Assembly (NCBI RefSeq): GCF_001194135.2
Contig: NC_068990.1
Span: 68,484,054 to 68,542,447 of the forward strand
Length of the DNA stretch: 58,394 nt
DNA from: Octopus bimaculoides
Taxonomy: Eukaryota
Direction: 5' to 3'
Part shown: piece after piece, positions 26,357 through 39,929 of the stretch
How positions within the stretch are numbered: position 1 is the stretch's first letter
Layout of the letters: each line of letters begins with the position of its first letter
Notes under the pieces: generated by a model
Database searches by the model: none
What the model saw: the letters and a program-made list of their open reading frames with translations, nothing else
What the model was told of the DNA's origin: nothing
Program-made: the position numbers and the translations under genes

Positions 26357-26929
26357 TCGGCACGAGAGAATGGAAGTTGTAAATGAAACGAAGACATGAG
26401 ATGGCATCGAGAAAAAATGAGATGATATGCCTGATATATCTATAACAGCAAATCATTGAATATGTAGAGTTGGAATGGTCGGTGTTGTAGCTGAGGGACT
26501 TAAATGACGACACATAAATTCGTACCATTATATAGAGAGTGAAAAATAGCAAAAACAAGAGTTGTTTTGTGTTTTTCACGCCATACTAGCGACCATATCA
26601 ATTAGAAGTGGTTGTAAAAATATTAATTCACTTAAAGATTTTCAAACGAGATAATAAATTTTGTCAGTTTGAATTCTAGCAGATCAAATTGGAAATTTGT
26701 CAGAAAAAGTTCGACTTTTGATCTTTAAGTGCTTCATAAAATTAGATGTAGCAATCTGAAGTAAACGTGTTGTTAAATTGCTGTCATGGTTACAAGCGAA
26801 ACAAAGTGAAGGTATCAACTCGAGATGTTACACATACACGTAATCTTAATTCTTTTAGTTGACTTTCACTTTATAATGTATATATATATATATATACGTT
26901 TGTATGCATGCATGTACATATATAACTGA

Positions 26930-27712
26930 TTAAGGTCTGAAATTTGGGGAGAGGAGAGTCGATTACATCGACTCCAGTACACAACTGGTACATATTTTAT
27001 CGACCACGAAAAGATGAAAAGTAAAGTCGACCTTAGCGGAATTTGAATTCAGAACGTCAAGACGGACGAAATGCCGCTAAGCATTTTATCCGGCGCGGTA
27101 ACGATTCTATCAGCTTGCCGCTTTATATATATCACTAATTAATAACAATAGACCAGGTTAGCTATGCTAGATAAGCGTATACTAATACTTCAAGAAAAAG
27201 CAGTATTTAATCTCATAAGGACAATCAAGAGCGCTTCCCCAAAGATCAGAATTTTCTTTTTTTTTTTTCACAGAACATAATAATAGTTCTTGTAAAGGCA
27301 GCAAGGCGGTGAGCCGGAAAATCGTTAAGACGACAGACAAAACACTTAGCTGTATTTCCTCTGCAAAGGTTGATATTGTCTTTCATCATTTCGGAGTCGA
27401 TAAAATAAGTAATAGTTGAGCATTGGGGTCGACGTAATCGATTTATCCCCTCACTTGTAATTGCTGGCCTAGTGCAAACATTTAAAAGTGATATGAAAAA
27501 GGTGGCGAGTTAGCAGAATCGTTAGCATGCTGGGCGGCATTTTGTCTGTTGCTACTGGTGCTATGTTCTGAATTCAAATTCCACCGAGGTCGAGTTTCCC
27601 TTTTCTCGTTTCGTGTTTACTTAAATAAGTACCAGTCAAGTACTGGAGTCGATGTAATAGACTAGTTCCTTCCCCAAAAATTTCAGGCCTTGTGCCTATA
27701 GTAGAAAGAATT
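26930..27712. mobile_element. Cluster of three SINE-A copies (26930-27122 minus; 27302-27490 and 27500-27712 plus)
   Basis: Each shows the family head or B box and the GTCGAT..ATCGA body. Confidence 0.85.
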
Positions 27713-27744
27713 ATTATTATTTTTATGATCATCATCATTATTAT

Positions 27745-29072
27745 TATTATCATTATTGTTCAGTAGTTTTATTTTTATAACGTGCTTTCACTTCACTACC
27801 GAGCGCATCTCTGTGCGCCTTGGGTATGTGCTGTGGTTTGCTGTGGTGCTCTTATGTTTACTGTATTGAAAGTGTTTTGCGTAGAATGTGTGCAGTACCC
27901 AGTAGTGCAATTTTCTGTATGTTATATATATTTGTAAGTCCTGGTGTTTTTGTTATGTATTTGTCTGAATATTTTTTTATTATACCTAAGGCACCTACTA
28001 TGATAGGAATTGTTTCTGTTTTTAGATTCCACATTCGAGTTACCTCTATTTNNNNNNNNNNNNNNNNNNNNNNNNNNNNNNNNNNNNNNNNNNNNNNNNN
28101 NNNNNNNNNNNNNNNNNNNNNNNNNNNNNNNNNNNNNNNNNNNNNNNNNNNNNNNNNNNNNNNNNNNNNNNNNNNNNNNNNNNNNNNNNNNNNNNNNNNN
28201 NNNNNNNNNNNNNNNNNNNNNNNNNNNNNNNNNNNNNNNNNNNNNNNNNNNNNNNNNNNNNNNNNNNNNNNNNNNNNNNNNNNNNNNNNNNNNNNNNNNN
28301 NNNNNNNNNNNNNNNNNNNNNNNNNNNNNNNNNNNNNNNNNNNNNNNNNNNNNNNNNNNNNNNNNNNNNNNNNNNNNNNNNNNNNNNNNNNNNNNNNNNN
28401 NNNNNNNNNNNNNNNNNNNNNNNNNNNNNNNNNNNNNNNNNNNNNNNNNNNNNNNNNNNNNNNNNNNNNNNNNNNNNNNNNNNNNNNNNNNNNNNNNNNN
28501 NNNNNNNNNNNNNNNNNNNNNNNNNNNNNNNNNNNNNNNNNNNNNNNNNNNNNNNNNNNNNNNNNNNNNNNNNNNNNNNNNNNNNNNNNNNNNNNNNNNN
28601 NNNNNNNNNNNNNNNNNNNNNNNNNNNNNNNNNNNNNNNNNNNNNNNNNNNNNNNNNNNNNNNNNNNNNNNNNNNNNNNNNNNNNNNNNNNNNNNNNNNN
28701 NNNNNNNNNNNNNNNNNNNNNNNNCATTTAGTTTAGCCCAGTATTTACCATGTAGGGGCTTTTCTTGCCATCGTTTTATCATGGTCCGTTGCTGTTCTAG
28801 TTTTAGTTTGAATTTCATTTGTTTTATAGCTTTTGTTGTTTCTTCTTCTTCTTCTTCTTCTGCTTCTTCTTCGTATTTGTTAGGTAGATTGATTTCTTGT
28901 TTGTATTTGTCAGCTTCCTTAAATACTGAAAGCAGTTTTTTGTTTTGCTCGTGTTTTGCGGCTATTTGTATTAGTTTTCCTTGCTTCTGGAGTAAGTATT
29001 TTTGCAGTCCTATGGTGGTTATTTTATAATAGTTTTCTAGCTGTATAAGACCCCTGCCACCTTCTGTGCACC
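27745..29072 (-). mobile_element. R4/Dong-clade LINE, 5'-truncated, intact 3' end, interrupted by an assembly gap
   Basis: Right of the gap: TEGGRGLIQLENYYKITTIGLQKYL...RWQEKPLHGKYWAKLN, with no stops. Left of the gap: MWNLKTETIPIIVGALGIIKK...KIALLGTAHILRKTLSIQ*, then a ~100-nt 3' UTR and a (TAA/TGA)n tail. Confidence 0.9.
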
Positions 29073-29114
29073 TATAACAAGAGGGATTATATAATGCACC
29101 TATAACAAGAGGGA

Positions 29115-29712
29115 TGGTTAGGACGGTGGGCGAAATGCTTAGCGGTATTTCGCCCGTCGCAACGTTCTGAGTTCAAATTCCGCCGAAGTCGACTTTGCTT
29201 TTGATCCTTTCGGGGTCGATAGAATAAGTACCAGTCGAACAACCGGGGTCAATGTAATCGACTCAACTCCCCCTTCCCCAAGCTACCCTTGTGGAAAAAA
29301 TTTGAAATAATAATAATTATGATTATTAAGGTAACAAGCTAACAGAATCGTTAAATTGTCGAGTAAATACCAATATGTATTCAAATCCCATGTAGGTCAA
29401 CTTTGCTTTTTATCCCTCCGAGGTTGATGAAATAAAGTACCAGTCTAGCAGAGAGGTCGCTGTAATCAACTAACCCCTTCTCTTAGAAATTTTGAAATCT
29501 GAAGCCATTAAGATTTTAATGGTGGTGAGCTGGCAGAATAATTAGAGCGTCGAGAAAAATGCCTCTCAGTATTGGCTCCGGCTCCTTGGGTTCTGTATTC
29601 AAATACTGTCAAAGTTATTTTTGTCTTTCATTCTGTTGAGGTCGACGCATCTTTGCAACCTACTAACCCCTCCCCTCGAAATTGTTGACCTCGTGCCTAG
29701 ATTAGAAACCAT
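29115..29712 (+). mobile_element. Three head-to-tail SINE-A copies (29115-29310, 29328-29510, 29519-29712)
   Basis: Repeated heads or B boxes separated by A/T-rich tails. The first copy is 5'-truncated. Confidence 0.8.
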
Positions 29713-30348
29713 TGTTATCATGGTCATCATCAATGTTTTTTATTACTTAATTGAACGTATTTTTGACGACGCAGACCAAAATAATACACTCCTTCATAAA
29801 GATAATGTTTCTGTCAAAAGTCCACATGCTTCTGTCTATGTAGGTAACATCTAAGTTTGTGTAAACAAAAATCCAAGTCCATTTTATATTGAAAAAAAAA
29901 AGAAAAGAAAAAAGGCATTTTAGACAGTTTCATGTTAATCCTATGCTTGCGTCTATTTAATTTATCCTCTACAGACTTTTGTTATCTTACCAATATCTAG
30001 GGAGCCATCCAAAGAGACAACAATATCCAGTTAACTTCTAAATCCTACCATGTCTACTAGAAATCTACAGAGTCTGCCTGTCGAGTGGATATATCGACTG
30101 TCGAGTTGTCTGCAGTGTTGACATCCTCAGAGACTGTCTCAGTAGATAATATTGAATCATCCATCTATCTGATAGATAAGTTATCTGATTAACTAGTCAA
30201 CATATCGAGCTCTGTGTCTCTCTGGTCGCAGTAATGTAAGATATATGAAGACAACGCATACGTATTACAAACCAATTACGAAGTCAAAACATGGTTGCTC
30301 GGCTTGTTAGAAATAACAGCCATAATCTTTTTTTAAATCAGTGTGAAC

Positions 30349-30680
30349 TAGTGGTTCTCAACCAATTTTTACTAATGGACCTCTTTGATTACAATTTTAT
30401 TCTAGTGGACTTCCGTAGCCATTCGATGTCTAACAACTAGTTTTATACATACTTCTTTCAAAATTCCCGTTTTGTTATGCCGACATTAAATCTAAGTTGA
30501 ACTACATAAAATGTAAGAGAGACATAGATGCTTCTTGCAACAAATACATCTAAGCCAAATTTTTTTCAGGGATCCCTAAAATACTACTGTGAATCACCAA
30601 TTTACTATTTTGTTTCATGGACCCAGAGAAATCTTATATGGATCTCCAGGTGTGACAATGTCCCCCGTTGAAAACCGCTG
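30349..30680. mobile_element. hAT-type MITE (~332 bp) inserted in an older repeat
   Basis: TIRs TAGTGGTTCTCAAC...GTTGAAAACCGCTG. Flanking 8-mers are GTGTGAAC and GTGTAGAC (a decayed TSD). Confidence 0.75.
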
Positions 30681-30796
30681 GTGTAGACCTAGATTCTCAT
30701 AAAGAGAGGATACTGTCACGGTGTGGATGTAGAAATGTTGGATCAGAAATGACCACGGCCTAAACTACTGCAGCAGTATTGTTAATATTATATTTA

Positions 30797-31020
30797 AGGC
30801 GGCGAGCTGGCAGAATTGTTAGCACGCTAGACAAAAATGCTTATCGGCATTTTGTCCGTCCTTACGTTCTGAGTTCAAATTCCGCAGTATTCGACTTTGC
30901 CTTTCATCCTTTCGAAGTCGATAAAATAAGCAACAGTCAAGCACTGGGGTCGATGTAATCGATTAGCAACCTCACCCAAAATTTCAGGCCTTGGACCTAA
31001 AGTTGAAAGGGTTATTACTA
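30797..31020 (+). mobile_element. SINE family A copy, full length
   Basis: AAGGCGGCGAGCTGGCAGAATTGTTAGC...GAGTTCAAATTCCGC...CCCAAAATTTCAGGCCTT..(TTA) tail. Confidence 0.9.
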
Positions 31021-31213
31021 TTATTCTTATTTTTGTATATTGTAAAAAGATATTCTGTTATATATGAGAAAGAAGAAAGGAAAAAATAAAAACGATTTCA
31101 GCGATTTACAAATCAAAACCTTGTTACAATATTAGAAAAATCTGTTCATAGACACACAATTAAATTACACGTGTATGTGTGTGGATACATTTATCTATAT
31201 ATGGGTGCTCTGT

Positions 31214-31259
<46 letters not shown>

Positions 31260-31579
31260 ACAATTGAACTAATACAATTATATATATGTATGTGTGTGTA
31301 TACATTGTTCTTTGTATTATTACCACTGTTATTGACATTTTTGATGTTTTTGTTCTTGTTTATCAATGTCAGTAAAAGTGTTGTTGTTGTTGTTGTTACC
31401 GTCATTGTAGTCATCATCATTGTTGTTGGCTGAAAAATTAGAGTAAACAGACATCAGTTGGCGTATTCATTCATCTGGCCTACTCCGATCTCAGCAACAA
31501 TGTTCTGCAGGTATTTCTACAATAAGCAATCTCATCTCATCTCATCTCTCTCTCTCTCTCTCACTTTCTATCTCTCTAT

Positions 31580-31643
<64 letters not shown>

Positions 31644-33194
31644 NNNNNNNNNNNNNNNNNNNNNNNNNNNNNNNNNNNNNNNNNNNNNNNNNNNNNNNNN
31701 NNNNNNNNNNNNNNNNNNNNNNNNNNNNNNNNNNNNNNNNNNNNNNNNNNNNNNNNNNNNNNNNNNNNNNNNNNNNNNNNNNNNNNNNNNNNNNNNNNNN
31801 NNNNNNNNNNNNNNNNNNNNNNNNNNNNNNNNNNNNNNNNNNNNNNNNNNNNNNNNNNNNNNNNNNNNNNNNNNNNNNNNNNNNNNNNNNNNNNNNNNNN
31901 NNNNNNNNNNNNNNNNNNNNNNNNNNNNNNNNNNNNNNNNNNNNNNNNNNNNNNNNNNNNNNNNNNNNNNNNNNNNNNNNNNNNNNNNNNNNNNNNNNNN
32001 NNNNNNNNNNNNNNNNNNNNNNNNNNNNNNNNNNNNNNNNNNNNNNNNNNNNNNNNNNNNNNNNNNNNNNNNNNNNACATATATTATTCAGACAATATTC
32101 ATACATGTGTGCATGTGTCTGTGCGCGTGTGAGTGTGTGTGTGTGGAGGTTGGGGGTAAACACTAGTACACACAATAGCAACCTAATCTAGAATTAGGGC
32201 AGTAATGCGAAAGCGATGATCAAGTGATTTGTAAAAGTCTCGCTCAGTTCCACCCCACAAATGCCCGCTTCTTAAAATGGTTGCCGACAAACATACGCGC
32301 GTGCGCTGACAAATACTCACATATACGCACTTAAGTAAGCACACATTCATGCCCAAATGCAGAAATAGAAACACACACACACACACGTCTCTGGATATTT
32401 GACATTGAAGAAATCACACGAACTGGCGAACGAGAGAATGTAGTGTATATACGGATGAAAGTATGAACACATACTCATATTTTAAAATGCTAAATCTATA
32501 TAGAGAGCACGCACGATCACATTATGAAAATTAAAATTAATCGAAATACATAGAGAGTCGCATACAGATATATATATGTATTAGACACGCATATGAATAC
32601 ATACATATACAAACCCATGCCCAAAAATACATAATTAAACAGACTTATAGTTTTACTCAGACACGCACAGTAGATGCATAGGACGCCAACAGTTTAGCAT
32701 ATATTTCTAACCATATACATGCGCGTGCATACGTATGTCCAGACATTCATACGCAGATACATAGACACAGATATGCATATGCGCATGAGATTATGTTTAT
32801 ACATCTGTATCTGTGTATGTGTCTGTACACACACAACACACGCTCACGCACATATACATAAGTACACACACGCTTCATCACAGTAGAAATTGAATCTGAG
32901 ACATGCATATACACATAAAGGTTTAAATAGACATGAACATAGCAAATATTGCATCCAAGTGCTTGCGTAAATATATATATATATATATATATATANNNNN
33001 NNNNNNNNNNNNNNNNNNNNNNNNNNNNNNNNNNNNNNNNNNNNNNNNNNNNNNNNNNNNNNNNNNNNNNNNNNNNNNNNNNNNNNNNNNNNNNNNNNNN
33101 NNNNNNNNNNNNNNNNNNNNNNNNNNNNNNNNNNNNNNNNNNNNNNNNNNNNNNNNNNNNNNNNNNNNNNNNTATATATATATATATATAGATC

Positions 33195-33249
<55 letters not shown>

Positions 33250-33259
33250 TTCATACTCC

Positions 33260-33790
33260 ACAATTCCCAAACTTGAGATCTATAATTACCACTTCGACCA
33301 TTTATTGCGGGGCCTGAAAACCACCGATCTAGCCTCTACCTTAACTCAGGTAACACCGGAATCCCTGATAATCCCACCCTAGCAACTGTATGCACACCAC
33401 TAACGCCTCTGAAGTTAGCAGCATTAACAGCAGTAATCATGATGAAGCGAATACGAAACATTAACCCCCATCATCTCCCTGACTCTTATACTCTTAGAGA
33501 CGATTTAACCCCAAACTTCATCTTGACACATCCTGTCCCTACTATTTTACCTACTCTTGTCTGAGAACTACCTCTTAGTCCCCATCTCGGTAGTTCGAAC
33601 TGTTAACACTATTTTTTAGGCCAATGGTTAACTTTATCTTCTTTATATCTGGTTTTTATCATCATCTCATCTCACCCCTTAATCACAATTTCCACCGTCT
33701 TCCCCCAAAACCTTTCTCATTACCACTCTCTTAAGACCTTTATATTTGTACACATTGCTGGACAATTCACATTTGCCATTCTGCTCTTGA
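33260..33790 (-). mobile_element. Possible RTE-like LINE endonuclease remnant, heavily degraded
   Basis: Purine-rich minus strand with many stops. Only the overall composition and scattered segments (e.g. IMITAVNAA, like the IxxYAP strand) resemble an RTE APE domain. Confidence 0.35.
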
Positions 33791-35014
33791 AGAGGAACGA
33801 CTAACTAAACTTTAACAATTTCATCAGCACTTGTCACAGAACGTGCACCTATGACACCATGTTTATATTGCTTATGAATATGGCTCTTGCGTAAATTATA
33901 GCCATTTTGAAACAGCTGTCGAGACAAAAGTTTACTGAATCCTTCTCTTCTGCTTTAGTTTTTCTTTTCTGTATTTTGTGTTTCTCGGAAATATACGCCT
34001 CAAACCTAACGAAGTTCCTCTACGTTACTACCTCCACATCAGGTCGATAAGAATAGCCCTAATCGCTGCCTTTCGATGCAGAGACACCGGACCTGGATGA
34101 AGAAGTTAGTGTTTAAGTTTCCATCCATTTAAACTCTGTTCTCTGTTATCGATATTAAGCATATTTTGCTATCGCCCCCTCTCTTTCTCCCCCTCTCTCT
34201 CAAATATATATATATATATATTATGGTGTTTTTGCGCATCTACACACACTCACCACTCACACACCACACATATATACACCATCTCACGCTCATACACATG
34301 GAACATGAGAGATATTGAATCCCAACACACTCAAACACACACACATACACACACATACGCAAACACACACATACGCAAACACACACATGTATATACGTAT
34401 GCAAGAACATATAATTATATACACCCATACAACGTGAATCGCAGTGCGTGCGAACAAATATTCGTATATAGACATGCATACATACATACATACATACTGC
34501 ATACATACATACATGCATACTACATACATGCATACATGCATGCATGCAGGCGTGTATACATACATACATACATACATACATACATACATACATACATAGA
34601 CACACTGACACACACATAACGAAAAGAACATCAACATCAACTAGGAAAACAATCTTCAAACCAAAGGAAAAAAGTGAGTACAATCTTGATGGAAAAGGGC
34701 TCCCTTGTAATGTGCCAACAGGGATTGCATATATCACACCTTATTTCCATTTTATTTTAACACACTCCCTGCCTATTCCCCGTTCTCTTTCATTCCGGTT
34801 TTCTTTCATATTTCCACTCCTTTATCTATTTCCTCCTCCTCTTCTCTGTTCCCCTTAGTCATACAGCCTTCTCCTCCTGCACCTTCGTTTTTCCTACATC
34901 AAAACTGTCTTTATCCAATATTTGAACGCCATCTCTCTTTTCCAATTTTCTGTTTTTAATTCTACTTTCGCCCTTTTTTCATAATCTAAATTTTCTTTCC
35001 TCTCTATAATCTCC

Positions 35015-35062
<48 letters not shown>

Positions 35063-35083
35063 NNNNNNNNNNNNNNNNNNNNN

Positions 35084-35137
<54 letters not shown>

Positions 35138-35738
35138 TCACTTCATTTATTGTGTAGCTCCAATACTTTCTTTCTCATCTCCATACTTACAATCTCTCTC
35201 TTTATCTTTCTTTCTCTTGCCCTCTTTCTCGCTCACTCTCATTGTCTTTCTCTAAATTCTTACTATTTCTTACGCGCATGCTCTCTTTCTCTTTCTCTCT
35301 CTCTCTCCAGTTATTTCTCTTTTATTTCATTTTTTATTTCCTCTCTTTTTCTATTTACCATTCTTTATTCCTCTTTTTCTTAGCTTCTTGTTTCATTCTA
35401 ACCAAGACACACACACACACAACCAATTCTAATCTTTCCTCGCAGTCTTTTGCAGTGTTCTCACAACAAATATTTCCTCTCATTCTGTCTTCATATACGC
35501 CATAATAGTTTTACCCTTATTCTCTCATTTTTCTCTTCTTACCTTTCACTTATTCTGTTCTTCTGTCACTGTCTCTATTCCAATTCCTTCATCGGATTTC
35601 TTTTTATTTCTCATTCACATTCGCTTTTCCTTCATTTCTCTACAATCTATTACCTTCTGTAGATACACTCTCTCTTTCACTCCCTCCCTTACTTTTATTC
35701 TCATGCCTATACTCTCCTCTCTCTCTCTCTCTCTCTCT

Positions 35739-35740
<2 letters not shown>
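35084..35740. repeat. Degenerate (CT)-rich polypyrimidine tract; a purine-strand counterpart lies at ~49620-50100
   Basis: Directly visible strand-asymmetric low complexity. Confidence 0.85.
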
Positions 35741-35801
<61 letters not shown>

Positions 35802-36245
35802 ACCTACTTTCTAATCCGGTATAACTAAGTGATTATCAACTGATTTTATCGGTCCCAAAGATCCACTCAAAGAAATCAATCTGAACGAGATTTCATGATA
35901 GAAACGCAGATCAAAATTTACCCCCAAGATTATTTAAACATATACCCGTAATACAAAATGATCGCCTCTATCTTCTACCACTTTACAAAACTGCATTTGT
36001 GTATATTACGATCTTTTTTTATTCACCAATATGTTCATTTTGTGAGAGTGTCTTAGAGTTGTGGCAGCCGAGATTGCTTTGAAGTTTCTATTCTTACCTG
36101 ATACATTTCGTTATGTTTATTCAGCATGTGGCTGTAGGTATTAGCCTTCAGAAGAGTAGGATTCCCAAGTTAACTCACACAAGAAAATGTTACCGTCGAT
36201 AGATAAGCTTAAAGGCCCATGGCATTATGCTATCTCTTTTTTCAG

Positions 36246-36316
36246 ATTCTTAGAAAAGAATAAGCACCAACTCGACAAAGAAGAATGTGGATGCGGTGAG
36301 AAATATTGCTGCATTT
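36246..36316 (+). CDS. Candidate exon (phase 2 to 1): FLEKNKHQLDKEECGCGEKYCCI
   Basis: Acceptor tatctcttttttcag| and donor |gtaaga (alternative donor |gtgaga at 36296). Only one frame is open. Confidence 0.25.
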
Positions 36317-37834
36317 GTAAGATTTTTCGTTTGTTTAATTCTTGGAAAATTGTGTTCTCTACTATAGCACGTTATGACATTTTTTGATTGTGTCAAAGCT
36401 CAGGTTAAAATTCATGGCTCTATCAAGAATACAGGTCTGCCAAATATCATACAGCATAAATTCTTGATTTATTTATTAAAAGTATCTCCGCTACTATAAG
36501 GTATATTCTAATTTCCAAGTAGCAATTAGGATAATCTCCACTTGAGATGAAGAGATTGAAGAATTTTCCAAAGTTGATATGCTGATTAAGGCACAGAACA
36601 GGCTTATTGTTGGGGGATTGAGAGAATAATTTGGACAAGTGTTTCTACCTCAAACGTCGTCATCAACACGAAAAATTTTGAATTCTACCTCCAGTAAATT
36701 GACACAAAAATAGAGTAGAGCACATCAATGATCTTGGTAATTTGAATAATTCAAACAAATATGAGCTCGAAGAAATAATTTTGAGTGGCCTGTATTTGAA
36801 CATCAGTCTATTGTATTAACACATCCCGTTTATCCTATTCACTGGCTTTCTACTTCTCGAACCTTTGCTTCATGCATCTATATTTTTGAAAAGCGATCAT
36901 CAACAGCACACTATTGGCATGTAATAGGTAGGATCGCAAAAAACTGCAAAAAGCAAAATCTGTAGAAGTTCGATAGGATGCTTTGCAATATTATATGTCT
37001 TCATATCTTACATAGTACAGAGCTGTTAACTGCACTTAAAATTTTGGATTATTTCATGAGGTGGCAAACCTTTTGTCACACAATTTCGACTAAATCCCTG
37101 AACAGTTACACTGCAAATCAATAGAAAGTGTCCAGGGCGTTATTGAGTTAACCAGTAAAATTGAGACAGTATTTAAGCAACAAGCCGAATAGTAATTTAT
37201 AAGTATTTCAGATACTTTAATTCATACAGCCGGACTTGACGATTGAACATTGAATACTATCTTTCATAGTTGAAGACAAACAGATGAATATATTTAACGG
37301 TATTCGTTCAAAGTTTTCTTTCAAGTTACATTTTGTGTATGAAATTTCCTCTTATCTGCTCAATATTATTGCAACAGAGAAAAACTGTTTCTTCAGTTAT
37401 GAAGTGACTGATTGACACCTGAAGAACATGTATATCCGTATTAAAGAGTTCGGCTTACTAATTATATATATATATATATATNNNNNNNNNNNNNNNNNNN
37501 NNNNNNNNNNNNNNNNNNNNNNNNNNNNNNNNNNNNNNNNNNNNNNNNNNNNNNNNNNNNNNNNNNNNNNNNNNNNNNNNNNNNNNNNNNNNNNNNNNNN
37601 NNNNNNNNNNNNNNNNNNNNNNNNNNNNNNNNNNNNNNNNNNNNNNNNNNNNNNNNNNNNNNNNNNNNNNNNNNNNNNNNNNNNNNNNNNNNNNNNNNNN
37701 NNNNNNNNNNNNATCTGTCAACTGGTTAAGGTTAAATTGATCAATTTATAAATATGTCTCAAGGGCAAGAAGCGAGTACGTATAATATGTGTGTGTTTGT
37801 GTGTGTGGAAAGAGAGAAGAGAGAGGGAGAAGAT

Positions 37835-37865
<31 letters not shown>

Positions 37866-37998
37866 GACAGACGGGTTTCTCACAATTTCACCAATATCAT
37901 CGAGGCACTATAGTGGGAGACACTTGCCAAGGCGTCGCTCAAAGGGGCTGAAACTGAAACTGTGTTTAGAAGCCGTCTTCTCAGCCACGCAACCTTGC

Positions 37999-38046
<48 letters not shown>

Positions 38047-39296
38047 TTTCGTAGATTTACATAAACACGCATAGAGTATCAGCATACATACTGAAATTTG
38101 TGTTGTTATGTTTTGTCGATCGTTGTTATTAGCTATTTCCCAACCTTGCCCCTCGGTCTAGTATTGCTAAGCAACATGATACTCTCTGAGAATGTCCAGA
38201 TGTTTGGATATTTAAAAATATGCGGCTGTTAATAAAATTGAATCAGACACAAATATTTGTGCAGAAACAAGAACTAATTAAAATACATTAAACGTTTTTG
38301 CGTTTTGTTGTGATTAAATCCCGATCTTCAACTCAGCAACGACTGGCAAAAACAAAGCAAAGTTAAATTAAAAGAGTTATGGGTGTTTATAAAGAATGTT
38401 CATAGATAAATGCATGTGTGTATGTCATCATGCTTGTATATGCACTGGTTTATGTATGTGTTTAAGTGTCTGGAAAGTAAGACATTTAAAAGTTATCATT
38501 TATAGAAACTGAATTTATGAAGACAAAAATATATTTTCTACAAAATACTTGCACGCCTCTCTGTGACTGTGTGCATTTGTGTGAGCACACGCATGCGCGT
38601 GTGTCTTTCAGTGTGAATGCAGCTGTGCATGCGTGCACAGTTGTATGATTATTCACTTGCATGAAAGCGAAGGTGTTCCGTGTTCTGTGACAAAGGGACA
38701 TGAAAGGGAGTACTTTATATTAACGGCCACTTTCGTTGTACGTGTCTTTCATCCAAATTCATTGAGATGATAAATGAATTGTTGTCACTAAAGTAGAAGT
38801 ACAATCAATGCTATTAATTCAAATGTGAGTGATGCTTCCTGCTAAAAGATACCAATTGGCCGCAGAAAGTGTACAGAGAAAAAAGCAGGTATACAAAATA
38901 CCATAACAACATAAATTCTTGATTTGCTAAAATTATCTCTGCATTCAAAAGCTGTCTCATAAATTCACAAATGGCAATGAATATCAGCTCCACTTGAGAA
39001 GGGAAGATAATTTCAAGATTCAAGAATGTTCCAAATCCGACATACACGAAGAAAAAGGTTTGGCTTATTGTCTTGAGATGAGAGGACTGACGTGGACAGA
39101 CGTTTATAGCTCGACATATGCCATCAGTGCGACAATTGTCTACCCATTATGTCCAGTAGCCAAGAGACTTGGACTTAAACAAGAAGAGTAGAAGATATTT
39201 GTGGCCTAAGCAATTAACATAATTTTTGTGTGGTAAGAAGCTTGCTTCCCTTGCTTCACGGCGCATGTATGGACCAGAGTGGTTATTCTAATCATA

Positions 39297-39900
39297 ATGA
39301 CAACACAGCCAAATTTAGCTCTGTTGTGGATTATGTCTACGAAAAGATATTAACAGCGCTGCCTGGGAGCACAGTGGGCGTGAGTTACTTGTATCTTATT
39401 GTTATTTTTCACTAGTAAGGTATCTCTACTGGTCTCGAGGCAATTTTTTTCGCCTTTTGTTTCTATTGAAAATGTTTTACTGAAGACTATCGTAAATAGA
39501 TTTTTGTGGATAAAATTATTTGGATATCCTATATCAGATTACACAAGCCTGGCCAGGAGTTCGAATAGGCCATAGGACAGTGGACATTTTAACTGTGTAT
39601 TTTTTTTTTTTTTGTAATGACAACATGGCGAAATTTAGCTCTGTTGTGGATTAAGTCTACGAAAAGATACTAGCAGTACAACCTGAAGGTAGGAGAAATC
39701 TTGTTTTGGAGGCATAGTGGAGGTGCGTTACTCGTATTTTATATATTTTTCACTAGTAAGTTATCTCCACTGGTCTCGAGGCAATTTCGCCTTTGGTTGC
39801 GTTGGTTTTGTCGAAATATTCTTAGGGGCCGTATCCCGCAACACAAAAATTTTTCTATTGAAAATTTTTTACTAAAGACTTTCGTAACTGGATTTTTGTT
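39297..39900 (+). repeat. Diverged direct duplication (39297-39520 and 39617-39900)
   Basis: Shared blocks AAATTTAGCTCTGTTGTGGATTA.GTCTACGAAAAGATA, TTTTTCACTAGTAAG.TATCTC.ACTGGTCTCGAGGCAATTT and TTTCTATTGAAAAT.TTTTACT.AAGACT.TCGTAA. Confidence 0.88.
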
Positions 39901-39929
39901 CCTGTTTATGGACATTTAAGAGCTGCTTG

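Noticed and set aside
30050-30200. S/T/D-rich open frames on both strands (MDDSILSTETVSED...)
   Set aside because: Short, with no convincing splice sites; low-complexity composition explains the openness.
36098-36145. Minus-strand 48-nt exon ANTYSHMLNKHNEMYQ with CAG|gtaaga
   Set aside because: Good donor but mediocre acceptor, and it conflicts with a plus-strand candidate 100 bp away; undecidable without RNA data.
38994-39191. ORF LRREDNFKIQEC... as a cellular gene
   Set aside because: It has no ATG or good acceptor, and its paralogous segment at 36.5 kb has several stops. Kept only as the paralogy finding.
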